Below are positions 21,385 to 31,288 of a DNA stretch of 64,000 bases, piece by piece. The position numbers and the translations under genes were made by a program. Below the pieces are notes generated by a model. The model was not told where the DNA came from, ran no database searches, and saw nothing but the letters and a program-made list of their open reading frames with translations. The DNA comes from Nitrosopumilus sp. (lineage in GTDB: Archaea > Thermoproteota > Nitrososphaeria > Nitrososphaerales > Nitrosopumilaceae): the NCBI GenBank assembly GCA_965197525.1, contig OZ240211.1, positions 1,536,001 to 1,600,000 on the forward strand, read 5' to 3'. The first letter of the stretch is position 1. Each line of letters opens with the position of its first letter.

Positions 21385-21738
21385 TTATAAAGAATAATTA
21401 GCAAAAATTATTTGACTCTCGATCTCTTTATGTTGTTCAATAATTGATGCTCTAAATTTGATTTCATGTTCTTTCTGTTTTGGCTCAAAGTTAATTGATG
21501 CAGTAAACTCTGCTTTATTCTCAGGCATTACGTCTCGATTTATAAATAATCTTGCCACATTATGAGATATTTTTTTTCCATTATATGATTTGTATATTAT
21601 ATGCTCATTAGAATCTAAAATTTGTGTATTTATTACTACTCCATCATATCTTCCTGGATACGACACATAAATTGTTCCTATGATTTCAGAATTTGGATGT
21701 ATGGTTGTCGTATTTAATTTGAATTCAATATCTTTCAC
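21385..21738 (-). CDS. Conserved hypothetical protein
   Basis: 117-aa ORF with normal composition, convergent with the cupredoxin gene. Confidence 0.7.
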   Translation of the reverse strand: MKDIEFKLNTTTIHPNSEIIGTIYVSYPGRYDGVVINTQILDSNEHIIYKSYNGKKISHNVARLFINRDVMPENKAEFTASINFEPKQKEHEIKFRASIIEQHKEIESQIIFANYSL

Positions 21739-22050
21739 AAATACTTGTAACTTGCTTGGAATAATAATTTTATCACGTGACTGGTTTATATCTACACGTA
21801 GATGGTTTTAATAGACTCCGACTAGCCCTCTTCAAATGGTATGGACATACATGTCTCAAAGTAAAGACGTGTCATTAGATGTATCGGATCACAAGGTCAG
21901 CAGCATGCGTTGACTAACAAATCTTTAGGTTAGGCATAAAGTACAAAATAACGTGATTCTAAATCTTTAGAATCACTATCTGCTTTAAATAAAGTTTGCA
22001 AGGATCATCTTTTGAACTTGAACCACTCAAACAATAGTACGACGGTAAAA

Positions 22051-24180
22051 ATGACACAACAACATGAGAAGATTCGGATAAGGGTGGGAATTGATGTTGG
22101 CGGGACATTCACTAAAGCAGTAGCCATCAATATAAAGACAGGTTCCATAATATCAAAATGTACAGTTCCTACAACTCACAATGCAGTAAAAGGAGTGTCA
22201 GAAGGCATACTGCAAGCTCTATCAAACATATTAGATGAATCGCAGATAAATATTCATGATATTGAATTAATCTCGCACAGCACAACCCAAGCAATAAACG
22301 CATTACTCGAATCTGATACCTCCAAAGTAGGAATTGTTGCAATGGGTGTAAGTCCTGAAAAGAAAAATATCATTAAACGTACAAACCTGCAAGATACCAA
22401 GATAAATTCCCAACAGGATATTAAAACATGTCACACGTTTCTAGACACATCTCATTTGATTTCTGAGCAGGAGGTAAAGCATGCCATTCAAGAATTACAA
22501 AAACAAGGAGCAGAAACCATAGTAGCAACCGAATCTTTTAGTGTCGATGATCCATCTAACGAGTTATTTGTAATGAAAAACGCAAGCGATCTTGGTATTC
22601 TGTCTACTGCATCTCATGAGATCTCCGGTATTTATGGACTGGAAATAAGAACTCTTACTAGCGCAGTTAATGCAAGCATTCTTCCAAAAACATTTCAAGT
22701 TGCAAAGTTTGTAGAAGAGGCAATACATGATACAGGTGTACAAGCTCCATTAATGATAATGAAAGGCGATGGTGGTGTAACCAATATGAATACATTTAAA
22801 ACAAAACCCATTCTTACAATTTTATCAGGTCCTGCCGCAAGTGTGGCGGGCGCATTACTTCATCTTCATGTTACAAACGGCATTTTTGTTGAAGTTGGGG
22901 GCACGAGTACAAATATCTGCATTATAAAAAATGGACGACCTGAATTTAGATACGTTACCATCAAAGAACATCCAACCTGTGTTCGTTCTATGGATGTGAG
23001 GATACTTGGAGTAGGAGGCGGCAGTATGATAAGGTGTAAAAACAACAGAGTCTCAAAGATAGGTCCTAGAAGTGCCCATATTGCTGGGTTAAAGTATGCG
23101 TGTTTTGCTGATCCGGCCGATTTGAGAACAGGTCGTATAGTCATGATAAAACCCAAAGAGGCTGACACTGACAGCTATGCTGCTATCAAATGTGAAAAGG
23201 ATACGTATGCTATAACCAATACATGCGCTGCAAATGCTCTTGGAATGATTGAGAAAGAAGATTATGCCTTTGCAAATCAAGAATCTGCAAAAATTGCAAT
23301 GGAGATCTTTGCAAAGTTTATTGGAGTCACTTTCCTTGAGATAGCCCAGTCAATTATTCAGACTGCCTCTTTTGAGATTACAAAAACAATTAGTAAAATA
23401 ATAAAAGATGTTAAATTGAATCCGCAAACTCTAAAAATAATTGGAGGTGGTGGAGGTTCTTCCGTACTGGTTCCTTTTGTTGCAAAACAATTAGGCTTTC
23501 AATACCAAAAAGCAAAACACGCTGAAGTAATATCTTCTATTGGTGTTGCATCCTCGATGCTACAAGAAGAGATTGAACATACTATGGTTGACCCAACTCC
23601 CGAACAGATAGATCTTGCGCATAAAAAAATTCATACGATTATGGTAAACAATGGTGCAGTTCCTGAATCAATTATGATTGACAGCGAATACATTTCAGAA
23701 AAATCTCTTTTGCGAGTTACAGCAATCGGAAATGTTGAACTAGATAGTTCAGATACTACAAAAAACGTGTTTACTTTGGATGAGGCAAAGACTAGAGCAA
23801 GTGAAATAGTTCAAATCTCAGAGGAGCTAATTGATCTGAGTTTTGAATCTGATCACTATCTTGTTTTTTATGGTCATATTGCTGAAAAACGTTTTTTCAG
23901 TAAGAAGAATCGCCATCCTGTAGTTGTATTAGATAGATTCGGAAAGATGAAGATGTCCTTGAATAATGGACGAATCTTTCAGGGAGGCAAAATTTCCATA
24001 TTGGAGGATTTAGATGACTTTTTAGAATCACGAAATAACGATATTGCCCCACAGGTTTATCTGATAAACGATTTTAAATTAATTGATTATTCTAGTTTAA
24101 CATCGTCCTCTCACATACTTAGTGCAGTCAAACAGGAATTAGATAGAAATGAGAGATCAGCTATAATTATTCAGGTCTGA
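22051..24180 (+). CDS. Hydantoinase/oxoprolinase family protein (HyuA-like)
   Basis: GIDVGGTFTKA, HSTTQAINALLE, ILSGPAASVAGA, VEVGGTSTNI, VGGGS, GGGG. ATG 22051 preferred. Confidence 0.88.
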   Translation: MTQQHEKIRIRVGIDVGGTFTKAVAINIKTGSIISKCTVPTTHNAVKGVSEGILQALSNILDESQINIHDIELISHSTTQAINALLESDTSKVGIVAMGVSPEKKNIIKRTNLQDTKINSQQDIKTCHTFLDTSHLISEQEVKHAIQELQKQGAETIVATESFSVDDPSNELFVMKNASDLGILSTASHEISGIYGLEIRTLTSAVNASILPKTFQVAKFVEEAIHDTGVQAPLMIMKGDGGVTNMNTFKTKPILTILSGPAASVAGALLHLHVTNGIFVEVGGTSTNICIIKNGRPEFRYVTIKEHPTCVRSMDVRILGVGGGSMIRCKNNRVSKIGPRSAHIAGLKYACFADPADLRTGRIVMIKPKEADTDSYAAIKCEKDTYAITNTCAANALGMIEKEDYAFANQESAKIAMEIFAKFIGVTFLEIAQSIIQTASFEITKTISKIIKDVKLNPQTLKIIGGGGGSSVLVPFVAKQLGFQYQKAKHAEVISSIGVASSMLQEEIEHTMVDPTPEQIDLAHKKIHTIMVNNGAVPESIMIDSEYISEKSLLRVTAIGNVELDSSDTTKNVFTLDEAKTRASEIVQISEELIDLSFESDHYLVFYGHIAEKRFFSKKNRHPVVVLDRFGKMKMSLNNGRIFQGGKISILEDLDDFLESRNNDIAPQVYLINDFKLIDYSSLTSSSHILSAVKQELDRNERSAIIIQV

Positions 24181-24537
24181 TGAAGAAGAGGCCTACGACC
24201 GTTTTGTTATGCTAGTATTATTGATATCCTAAACTATATTTTGATTATCCTAATCGCTTCTCATCCAAGTTGTAATATCTTAGCTACGTTACTAATTCTC
24301 AAGTATATGATATTGGGATTGAATTTCTACATAATCCTAGTCTGTAGTACAGTTTTCAAGATAATAAATGGGCCCAAAGGGCTCCGGTACGGCATCTGGA
24401 GCGGGCCCATAATGACAGCAGAAAGCGATCAGGACGCTTACAATATTACTGTCACATTATTTTTTAATTCATTTTCAATAACGTTTGCAAGAGAACTGTA
24501 ACTGGAATCAAAATAGGTAATCTGTGCGGCACGATCG

Positions 24538-25338
24538 GTGCCATTCCACCGTCATGTATTTAAAGACTTAATTCAATTCTCTATTGACGCAGGATTGTAC
24601 AGTCTATATGTCGATGAAAGCGGTCATGTGCAAAACTACCGCCCCACTACCTATCATGATCCGGAACACCGATATTTCGTACTAGGAGGAATCATAGCTG
24701 GAGCCGATCAGATCCCGATTCTTGAGCAAAAAATTGAAAGAATAATTGAAGAATATTTCGTAAGATCTGATCTACCTGACACATTCAAGCTGTCTTACCA
24801 TGGATTGCGCAATGGAACCATGCCTCCATACAACGCCCTAGATCCAGGAACCAGGTATGCTATTGCAAACGAGATGTTCAACACAATTGCAAACTCCGAC
24901 TGCCATCTTATTTCCTGTATCATAGATCTGGACTATATATACAGAAACTACATTAACAAAATACCGCAGAGAATACTGGCACTTTCATTCCTGACAGAAC
25001 GATTTCAGTATTTTCTGCTTGAACAAAAAAAATCGGGGACGATCATTCACGAGTATGTGACAAGGCAGATAAACAGAGCCATGCAGACCAACTATGGACG
25101 GTTGTTTAAGACGCATCATCTTCCACAAACTGTCAAATTCTCAAACATTGACAACAGGATAAAATTTGCAAGAGTTGCAGAGGCGCCCATCCTTCAACTC
25201 AGTGATTTTTTTGCATATTCGGTTTTGATAAGAGCAAAAACGCACGGAAAAAAGCAGGATCGGTGGAGATCCGTATCCCACAAGTATTACAATCTCGATC
25301 ACCCCAATGTCTTCAAACGTGGAAACTGTTCATTGTAA
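24538..25338 (+). CDS. DUF3800 family protein (RNase H-like fold)
   Basis: LYVDESGH, YFVLGG, C-terminal LQLSDFFAY (QxxD). Start may be a downstream TTG near 24595. Confidence 0.85.
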   Translation: MPFHRHVFKDLIQFSIDAGLYSLYVDESGHVQNYRPTTYHDPEHRYFVLGGIIAGADQIPILEQKIERIIEEYFVRSDLPDTFKLSYHGLRNGTMPPYNALDPGTRYAIANEMFNTIANSDCHLISCIIDLDYIYRNYINKIPQRILALSFLTERFQYFLLEQKKSGTIIHEYVTRQINRAMQTNYGRLFKTHHLPQTVKFSNIDNRIKFARVAEAPILQLSDFFAYSVLIRAKTHGKKQDRWRSVSHKYYNLDHPNVFKRGNCSL

Positions 25339-25343
25339 AAATG

Positions 25344-25397
25344 GCGGTCCCTTGGATACATTGTATCCAGCGCGTTCTATACAAAACACAGGACCGT
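25344..25397 (+). ncRNA. Candidate DUF3800-associated structured RNA
   Basis: Outer stem GCGGTCC (25344-25350) / GGACCGT (25391-25397) enclosing hairpin TGGATAC-ATT-GTATCCA (25353-25369), starting 5 nt after the DUF3800 stop. Confidence 0.55.
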
Positions 25398-25499
25398 AAT
25401 TAAAGTAAGACACGGGGCTATATATGACTTTATGAGTACGGGATCGCTAGTTGGGAGCTATATTCTGGTAGAAAGTATCTGGAGCTGGCAATCCTGCCG

Positions 25500-25803
25500 T
25501 GTTCTGGATGATTGTTAAGCCTCCTTTGGAAATTATAACACAGGAATGGAGAAGGTCACCATGCTATACGCGACCACAGGCATGATATGTACGATATCAT
25601 GCAGGATACGACGCCGGAGCAGCTTGACCTGATGCTAGAAGTGCTGAGACGCACAGACAATATGCAGGGAAAGACCTCACGGTAGTATCTTTAGACAAAC
25701 GGTTGTTGACGCAGATTCCGCATAGCGCCTGATCACACGTGGATTATGGATATTTGTAGGTACATTGCCAAACGGCAAGGTCGTGTTGCAGAGGCAACGA
25801 TAA
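25500..25803 (+). pseudogene. Possible decayed 3' end of an archaeal tyrosine integrase
   Basis: RQTVVDADSA*RLITRGLWIFVGTLPNGKVVLQRQR* resembles, from recall only, the C-terminal tail of archaeal integrases. Points at the tRNA att site. Catalytic residues not identifiable; start approximate. Confidence 0.35.
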
Positions 25804-25837
25804 CAACAACAGAGATGGTTCGAACCAGATGCTATGA

Positions 25838-25912
25838 TGGGCCCAAAGGGCTTCGATCCCTTGACCATTGGATTAGAAGTCCAACACTCTATCCATGCTG
25901 AGCTATGAGCCC
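25838..25912 (-). tRNA. trnR: tRNA-Arg (anticodon TCT)
   Basis: GGGCTCATAGCTCAGCATGGATAGAGTGTTGGA-CTTCTAA-TCCAATGGTCAAGGGATCGAAGCCCTTTGGGCCCA folds as a cloverleaf; no intron, no encoded CCA. Confidence 0.95.
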
Positions 25913-26198
25913 AAAAATTTAGCAACAAATTCCCATTTTAAGGGTTTAGGTCTTTAGCATTTTATATGTCAATTTTTTTTGTTCTGTTTTCTTGAACACA
26001 ATATCATGTCAAAATCTTTTGAATAATTTGGTTCTGTATCAATATAATGGATTACATCGCATCAAACTATACAATGCTATCCCTATTGTGCACACGAATC
26101 ATTAATCTCCATTTAAAGAAAAATGTATAACTTGTCGCCAACTACACTGTACCCACCTCTTATTACCATCTTCTTCGTTTATGGGCGTAACCTGTGAT

Positions 26199-27056
26199 TT
26201 ATGACCAACTTTTTTGATAACTATCCCTCTCCATTTTGAAAAGAAATTGCTGTGCATATCCTGCATATGGTCCGAAATGATCTACGATTCTTTTGTGTAG
26301 AATATCGTACTGTTTTTCAGTTATTGTCTTGGTTTCTAGTTGAAATTCTTCTGCATAATATTTCTTTAAAATTCTGATCATCCATCTATCCAATGGAAAA
26401 GCTTCCAACTTGTTTAATGAAAACAGCAATACACAATCTGCCACTTTGTTTCCAACTCCTGGAATACTGCAGATCTTTTCTTTTGCCTCTTGGTAACTGT
26501 TGCATCTCTTCAAATATTCCAAATCTATCTCTTGCAATGCTATCATGTTTGCAGCTTTTTTGATGAATTTTGCACGGTATCCTACTCCACAACTTTTAAT
26601 CTCATCAATTGACGCTCTTGCAAGTTTCTCTGGTTTTGGGAATAAAAAAAACTCTCGGTTATCATATGATGCCTTGGTTCCAAATTTTTCAGATATTCTC
26701 TCTAGACTAACTCTGATCTTTTGAATATTAGAGTTTGAGGATACAATAAACGAAATTAGACATTGGAATGGATCTTGTTGCAGTATTCGCAATCCTGGAT
26801 ACTGTTTTACAGCTTTTTTTGTCGTTCCATCCTTTGAGATCATCTTTGCTATCTTTCCAAAATCATCCTTTTTTCTAAAAAAATCTGTTTTAATATTGTT
26901 ATATGACGATATATTTGCAGATTCACTAATCCTTAGAACGTCCTGACCGTTGATACAATACCAGTAATCATCACCATCATATCTTCTCCAAAGGAATACC
27001 TGCCCACTATTAATTGAGTCTTTGACATTTATCGTATTGTTACTACTATTGTGCAT
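26199..27056 (-). CDS. 8-oxoguanine DNA glycosylase (OGG1-like, HhH-GPD)
   Basis: SGQVFLW, GLRILQQDPFQCLISFIVSSNSNI, GVGYRA, IPGVGNKVADC, FPLDRW, GPYAGYAQQFLF. Confidence 0.9.
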   Translation of the reverse strand: MHNSSNNTINVKDSINSGQVFLWRRYDGDDYWYCINGQDVLRISESANISSYNNIKTDFFRKKDDFGKIAKMISKDGTTKKAVKQYPGLRILQQDPFQCLISFIVSSNSNIQKIRVSLERISEKFGTKASYDNREFFLFPKPEKLARASIDEIKSCGVGYRAKFIKKAANMIALQEIDLEYLKRCNSYQEAKEKICSIPGVGNKVADCVLLFSLNKLEAFPLDRWMIRILKKYYAEEFQLETKTITEKQYDILHKRIVDHFGPYAGYAQQFLFKMERDSYQKSWS

Positions 27057-27057
27057 T

Positions 27058-28323
27058 TTAGACAGTTATTTCATCATTTACTGTAGGCGCATATGTCTCA
27101 AATCCAAACTTTTCGTGAATTTCTTGTGCAAACAGCTCGCATGATTCAGAATCTCCATGGACTGTCCACACCTTTGGATTCCCTTTGATCTTTTCAATCA
27201 TACCAAACAACTCCTTTCTATCTGCATGTCCCGAAAATTCAAACTGTTTAACTTGGGCTTTAACACGCAAATCTTTTCCTCTTGTTGAAACCATTCCTGT
27301 GTCAAGTAATTTCTTACCCGGCGTACCATCGCCTTGATACGAAACTAGGGCTATTCCATTTTTACTATCAAAGGACAACTGTTGTAAATAATATACTGCA
27401 TTTCCTCCAACTAACATTCCTGCCGGTGATATTACAACGCAAGGCTCATCCATTGCCCTTGTTCTTTCTTTATGCGTCTTTATTTTGGTTGCACTATTAA
27501 TTGCATTCTCAAATATGTTTGAGTCTCGTAAATATTCTGGATGTTTGAACATTATGTCATTTACCTTTAATGCCATTCCATCCATTATGATCTTGTGCTT
27601 GAAATTTGCGTTTCTTAAAATACAAGCAATCTCTTGTGAACGTTCAACTGAAAATGAAGGAATAAACAGTGTTCCTTTTCTATCAATTACTTCATTTGCA
27701 AATTCTACTAATTCTGACTCTGACTCTCTTCTTGGCTTTTGCTCCTTTTTGGCATATGTACTCTCAGTGATCAACAGATCTATCTCACCTATGTCCATAT
27801 CCATCTCTCGTAACATTCGTGAGCCGTTTGTTTTAATATCCCCTGTATAGAATAACCGTTTTTTATTTGCTTCAACAAGAACGGTACTGCCACCAATCAC
27901 ATGTCCTGACTCTCGTAGCTCAAAAACTGTGTTACCTTTTGTAACTTTTTGTTTAAATCTCACCCTTTTTGCATTTTTCATCATCTTGTTTATTTCTGGC
28001 TGCTCAAAGGCATGTGAGTTTTTCTCAATCTTTAACATGTCTTCAATTAATAGTAAAGAGAGATCCAGTGTTGGAGGAGTAGCGTATACGTCTGTGTTCC
28101 CGCTTACAAATAGTGATGGAACATTACCTGAATGGTCTAGATGTGCATGAGTTATTATGATTGCATCTAGATCCTTTGGTTTCACATGTAGAGGGTATTG
28201 TGGTGGTGAGCCTCGTTTTCCAAATAACACACCATAATCAAGTAGCAATTTTGTTCCGTCACAATTTACCAAAAAACCAGATCTGCCAACCTCGTTTGCA
28301 GCTCCTAAAATTTTTACATTCAA
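27058..28323 (-). CDS. MBL-fold beta-CASP ribonuclease (CPSF-like)
   Basis: GAANEVGRS, THAHLDHSG, SGHVIG, YTGD, ESTY, ERSQE, FSGHAD, VHGD. Confidence 0.92.
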   Translation of the reverse strand: MNVKILGAANEVGRSGFLVNCDGTKLLLDYGVLFGKRGSPPQYPLHVKPKDLDAIIITHAHLDHSGNVPSLFVSGNTDVYATPPTLDLSLLLIEDMLKIEKNSHAFEQPEINKMMKNAKRVRFKQKVTKGNTVFELRESGHVIGGSTVLVEANKKRLFYTGDIKTNGSRMLREMDMDIGEIDLLITESTYAKKEQKPRRESESELVEFANEVIDRKGTLFIPSFSVERSQEIACILRNANFKHKIIMDGMALKVNDIMFKHPEYLRDSNIFENAINSATKIKTHKERTRAMDEPCVVISPAGMLVGGNAVYYLQQLSFDSKNGIALVSYQGDGTPGKKLLDTGMVSTRGKDLRVKAQVKQFEFSGHADRKELFGMIEKIKGNPKVWTVHGDSESCELFAQEIHEKFGFETYAPTVNDEITV

Positions 28324-28436
28324 GGATTAGCTTGCATTTTTAACTAGGTTAAAACCTTTTTACCTGATGCGTCTTGATTATATTTTTTAAAGAATCTCCA
28401 CAAGCTTTAATTAGTGTTAGCTAAGATCCTATCCTC

Positions 28437-28649
28437 ATGGGAAGAAGCTACCAAGAATGGATAGGACAGCAAGATCAAGCTGTTGTCGCCAAAACACGTG
28501 CTGGTGACGAGGCAAACAAACCGCTCCTAAACCAAATTAACTGGATTTGGGTTAACAATCTGATGAATAAAAAAGCAGATCTAAATCCTTCTTCAGCAGA
28601 GCTACTTGACTGGGTTACTTCTGGTCAAATAGACGCAATGAGAAAATAA
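28437..28649 (+). CDS. Small conserved hypothetical protein
   Basis: 70-aa ORF with ATG start in its own intergenic slot. Confidence 0.7.
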   Translation: MGRSYQEWIGQQDQAVVAKTRAGDEANKPLLNQINWIWVNNLMNKKADLNPSSAELLDWVTSGQIDAMRK

Positions 28650-28787
28650 ACGTGCACATCACGTTATCTTTTTGTTTTTTAAATTTTTTATCTAGATTTT
28701 TCGTATATTTTGTCTAGTTACATTTCATAACAGGGTTATGGATTTGAATCATAGTTTAAATAGTGAAAAGCTGCTAGTTATTTTGTA

Positions 28788-29090
28788 ATGCCAATAGCAA
28801 TACTTCCAGACATTGATGAACAAAGATGTATCGGATGTGCACTATGTGTAGAAATCTGTACAACTCTTGGTCCTGATGTCCTTAGAGTGAAACCTGTTGA
28901 AGGCTGGAAGAGAGGTAAAGCATTTGTATTTTATCCAGAAAGATGTATTTCTGATGGCGCATGCATTGGTGTATGCCCAACAAAATCAATCTTTTGGATG
29001 AGACCAATGAATTACACTGCTGGACAACCAGTACCTCTTCATAAGAACGGCGTCTTCATCAAAGGTTGGGCAGAAGACGCAGCACTATAA
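28788..29090 (+). CDS. 2x[4Fe-4S] ferredoxin
   Basis: CIGCALCVEIC and CISDGACIGVCP motifs. Confidence 0.92.
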   Translation: MPIAILPDIDEQRCIGCALCVEICTTLGPDVLRVKPVEGWKRGKAFVFYPERCISDGACIGVCPTKSIFWMRPMNYTAGQPVPLHKNGVFIKGWAEDAAL

Positions 29091-29117
29091 TCTGAATCTT
29101 TAGCACATTCTTTTTTC

Positions 29118-30638
29118 TTATTTTTTATTATAAAGAGATCTTCTCTTGATCTCTTTTGGCAGTCTGTCAATGAAATGCTTCAAGAATTTATCTTCTTTGT
29201 CATAGTATACTTTGGTGAATCTGTTGTTTGTAAAGAAATCATTCCATGTCTCCTCAAACACAGAAAACTCTTTTGGGTCCCAATCTACTCTGGCTGTTTC
29301 ATGATGTGCTGCAGGGAATATATCTGAGATCTCAATCGGAATTAGTCCTAACTGTGGATTATATTGACATATTTGTAACGAATCAAAATCTTTGAATCTT
29401 TTTCTTAAATTAATATATTCAAAAGACAGGTATCCTGGTTTTGTACTTGATTCTTTTGTTATGATCACTTTATCTTTCTTTGATCTGAATCGTCTTATCA
29501 TCTTGTGAAATGATTGTACTTCTGGCCTGAATTGATCCTCTTTACTGTACAAGAAGATGGCTCTCTCTTTGAATCTAGGTGTACCTGATTCTAGAAATTC
29601 ATAATTTTCTGTCATTACTTTGATCATCTCAAATAGTTTTGGATGGGCTCTTGCTTTCTTTATTACATACTCCCATAACCTGCCTTCGTAGATTGCTTGC
29701 TTTGTTTTCTCTACTTCAAGTTTTATTGTATGCAAGTTGTGAATTGCTAATGCATTGATCTTTGTGGTTGTCTCTAACTGTCGTAGCTGGTCAGGAGTGT
29801 ATCTTGAGCATATCTCACAATTGCAAGGAAATACTGTGATATCTTTTAGATATCGTGTACCATCATCTGTGATGTATCTTAGTTGTTTGGCATAAAGCAT
29901 GTATGATGCTGAGTCAAATGTATCGCATCCCAAGGCAACTGCAAATGGTATTGTAAGAGGGTGCCCTGCACCAAAGAGATGTAGTGGAATAGAGTGCGGG
30001 ATCTGTTTTTTTGCAGCCACTATCATCTGTGCCAATAATTTGTATTCATATGACTCCATGAACTCTACTGGACTTCCTAACGCAAGCATCTGAAAACCCA
30101 TATCTACTAATTTTTTTGCAGATTTCTTGACAAGCTCAAAGTGCTCTCCCCCCTGAATGGGCCCGATCCAAATTTGGCCGTTATCTTTACTATTTTCAAG
30201 CGTCTGTTTTGAAACTTTAAGTGTGTGTCTTACATATGATTCAGCTTTTTTAATTGGCAACTTGTATCCTGTTGGTTTGTCAAGTGGAATTGCAAAATCT
30301 GTCAGTATTTCTTCTTCAAACTTTGCCATATCAGGTGGCAATATGTCTACGTCTCCATATTCAAGAACTTGATAACCTCCTGAATCTGTCATAACTCCTC
30401 CGTCAAAATCTATTATCTTATGAATTCCTTCTTTTATTGCCTTGTCGCCATAATTCTTTTTTGTAATATATGCATTCGTGATTACCAACTGAAAGCCAAT
30501 CTCTTTGATCTTTTTAGATGGAATTGTCTGTTTTACCGGGTGAATAACTGGTACAAATGCAGGTGTCTGAATCTTTCCATGATTTGTATACAGTGTACCT
30601 ATTCTTCCGGCTAGATCAGTTTTTGATATTTCAAACAA
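29118..30638 (-). CDS. tgtA: Archaeosine tRNA-guanine(15) transglycosylase
   Basis: GRIG, TPAFVPV, MTDSGGYQ, PLDKPT, IQGG, HLFGAGHP, DTFDSASY, CNCEIC, HNL. Confidence 0.93.
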   Translation of the reverse strand: MFEISKTDLAGRIGTLYTNHGKIQTPAFVPVIHPVKQTIPSKKIKEIGFQLVITNAYITKKNYGDKAIKEGIHKIIDFDGGVMTDSGGYQVLEYGDVDILPPDMAKFEEEILTDFAIPLDKPTGYKLPIKKAESYVRHTLKVSKQTLENSKDNGQIWIGPIQGGEHFELVKKSAKKLVDMGFQMLALGSPVEFMESYEYKLLAQMIVAAKKQIPHSIPLHLFGAGHPLTIPFAVALGCDTFDSASYMLYAKQLRYITDDGTRYLKDITVFPCNCEICSRYTPDQLRQLETTTKINALAIHNLHTIKLEVEKTKQAIYEGRLWEYVIKKARAHPKLFEMIKVMTENYEFLESGTPRFKERAIFLYSKEDQFRPEVQSFHKMIRRFRSKKDKVIITKESSTKPGYLSFEYINLRKRFKDFDSLQICQYNPQLGLIPIEISDIFPAAHHETARVDWDPKEFSVFEETWNDFFTNNRFTKVYYDKEDKFLKHFIDRLPKEIKRRSLYNKK

Positions 30639-30667
30639 TATGATACATCACAAAAGGCGTTATTTAA

Positions 30668-31288
30668 TCAATCAGCAAAAAACTTCTTCAAATCGTTGTT
30701 TTTCTTCACCAGTTCAAGCCAATCTATCACCGCCTCTTCTTTATTTTTGCTGTCTTTACTGTAATCTGAAATTAGAGCAACTACGTCCTTCACTACTACA
30801 TGAATGCTCTTTTTGCTGACGTTTATTTGAAATGCCTTTTCTTGGAATTTGATTTTGGCATCATTGGCAATTATACCTAATATTTCACTTGCCACATTAT
30901 CTCTTGTCTTTACATCTGAATATCCTCTCTCTTTGTATACTGATAACAGCTCATAGGGGTCTCTTCTTAAAATGATCATTATTTTGATATTTTCTTTATG
31001 GCATACATAAGGTGCTAGATGACCTACAATCATGTTTTTTCTGCACAAATATTCTTCTCTGACTAGCTCTCTTAATTTTTCAGTATCTACATCGTTTGTC
31101 TCTGCATTCTCTTCGAGCAGATCTGCATTCATGGCTATCTCGTTGATATCTAATATTGGCAATCCTAGTTCTTGAGCAACTCCTTTGGCAATGGTATGTT
31201 TTCCAACGCCCGGATTTCCCGTAATTACTATTGAGGTTCTGTGTAATCTTCGGGTGTTTTTTATGTTATTCATACCAAAACTAAACAT
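30668..31288 (-). CDS. AK6/Fap7-type nucleotide kinase with an element-derived N-terminal extension
   Basis: ITGNPGVGKHT P-loop, VGHLA (hhhGH) motif, ERGYS. The codons upstream of SIVITG lie inside the TIR element. Confidence 0.85.
   Translation of the reverse strand: MFSFGMNNIKNTRRLHRTSIVITGNPGVGKHTIAKGVAQELGLPILDINEIAMNADLLEENAETNDVDTEKLRELVREEYLCRKNMIVGHLAPYVCHKENIKIMIILRRDPYELLSVYKERGYSDVKTRDNVASEILGIIANDAKIKFQEKAFQINVSKKSIHVVVKDVVALISDYSKDSKNKEEAVIDWLELVKKNNDLKKFFAD

Larger units (their letters stand above)
24368..25852. mobile_element. Small integrative islet at the 3' end of tRNA-Arg(TCT)
   Basis: 16-bp direct repeat ATGGGCCCAAAGGGCT at 24368-24383 and 25837-25852; the second copy is the tRNA 3' end. 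Confidence 0.8.

Noticed and set aside
24241-24501. 86-aa ORF
   Set aside because: It spans the att junction and hairpin and has no protein-like features; likely spurious.
25677-25928. 83-aa ORF
   Set aside because: It overlaps tRNA-Arg.
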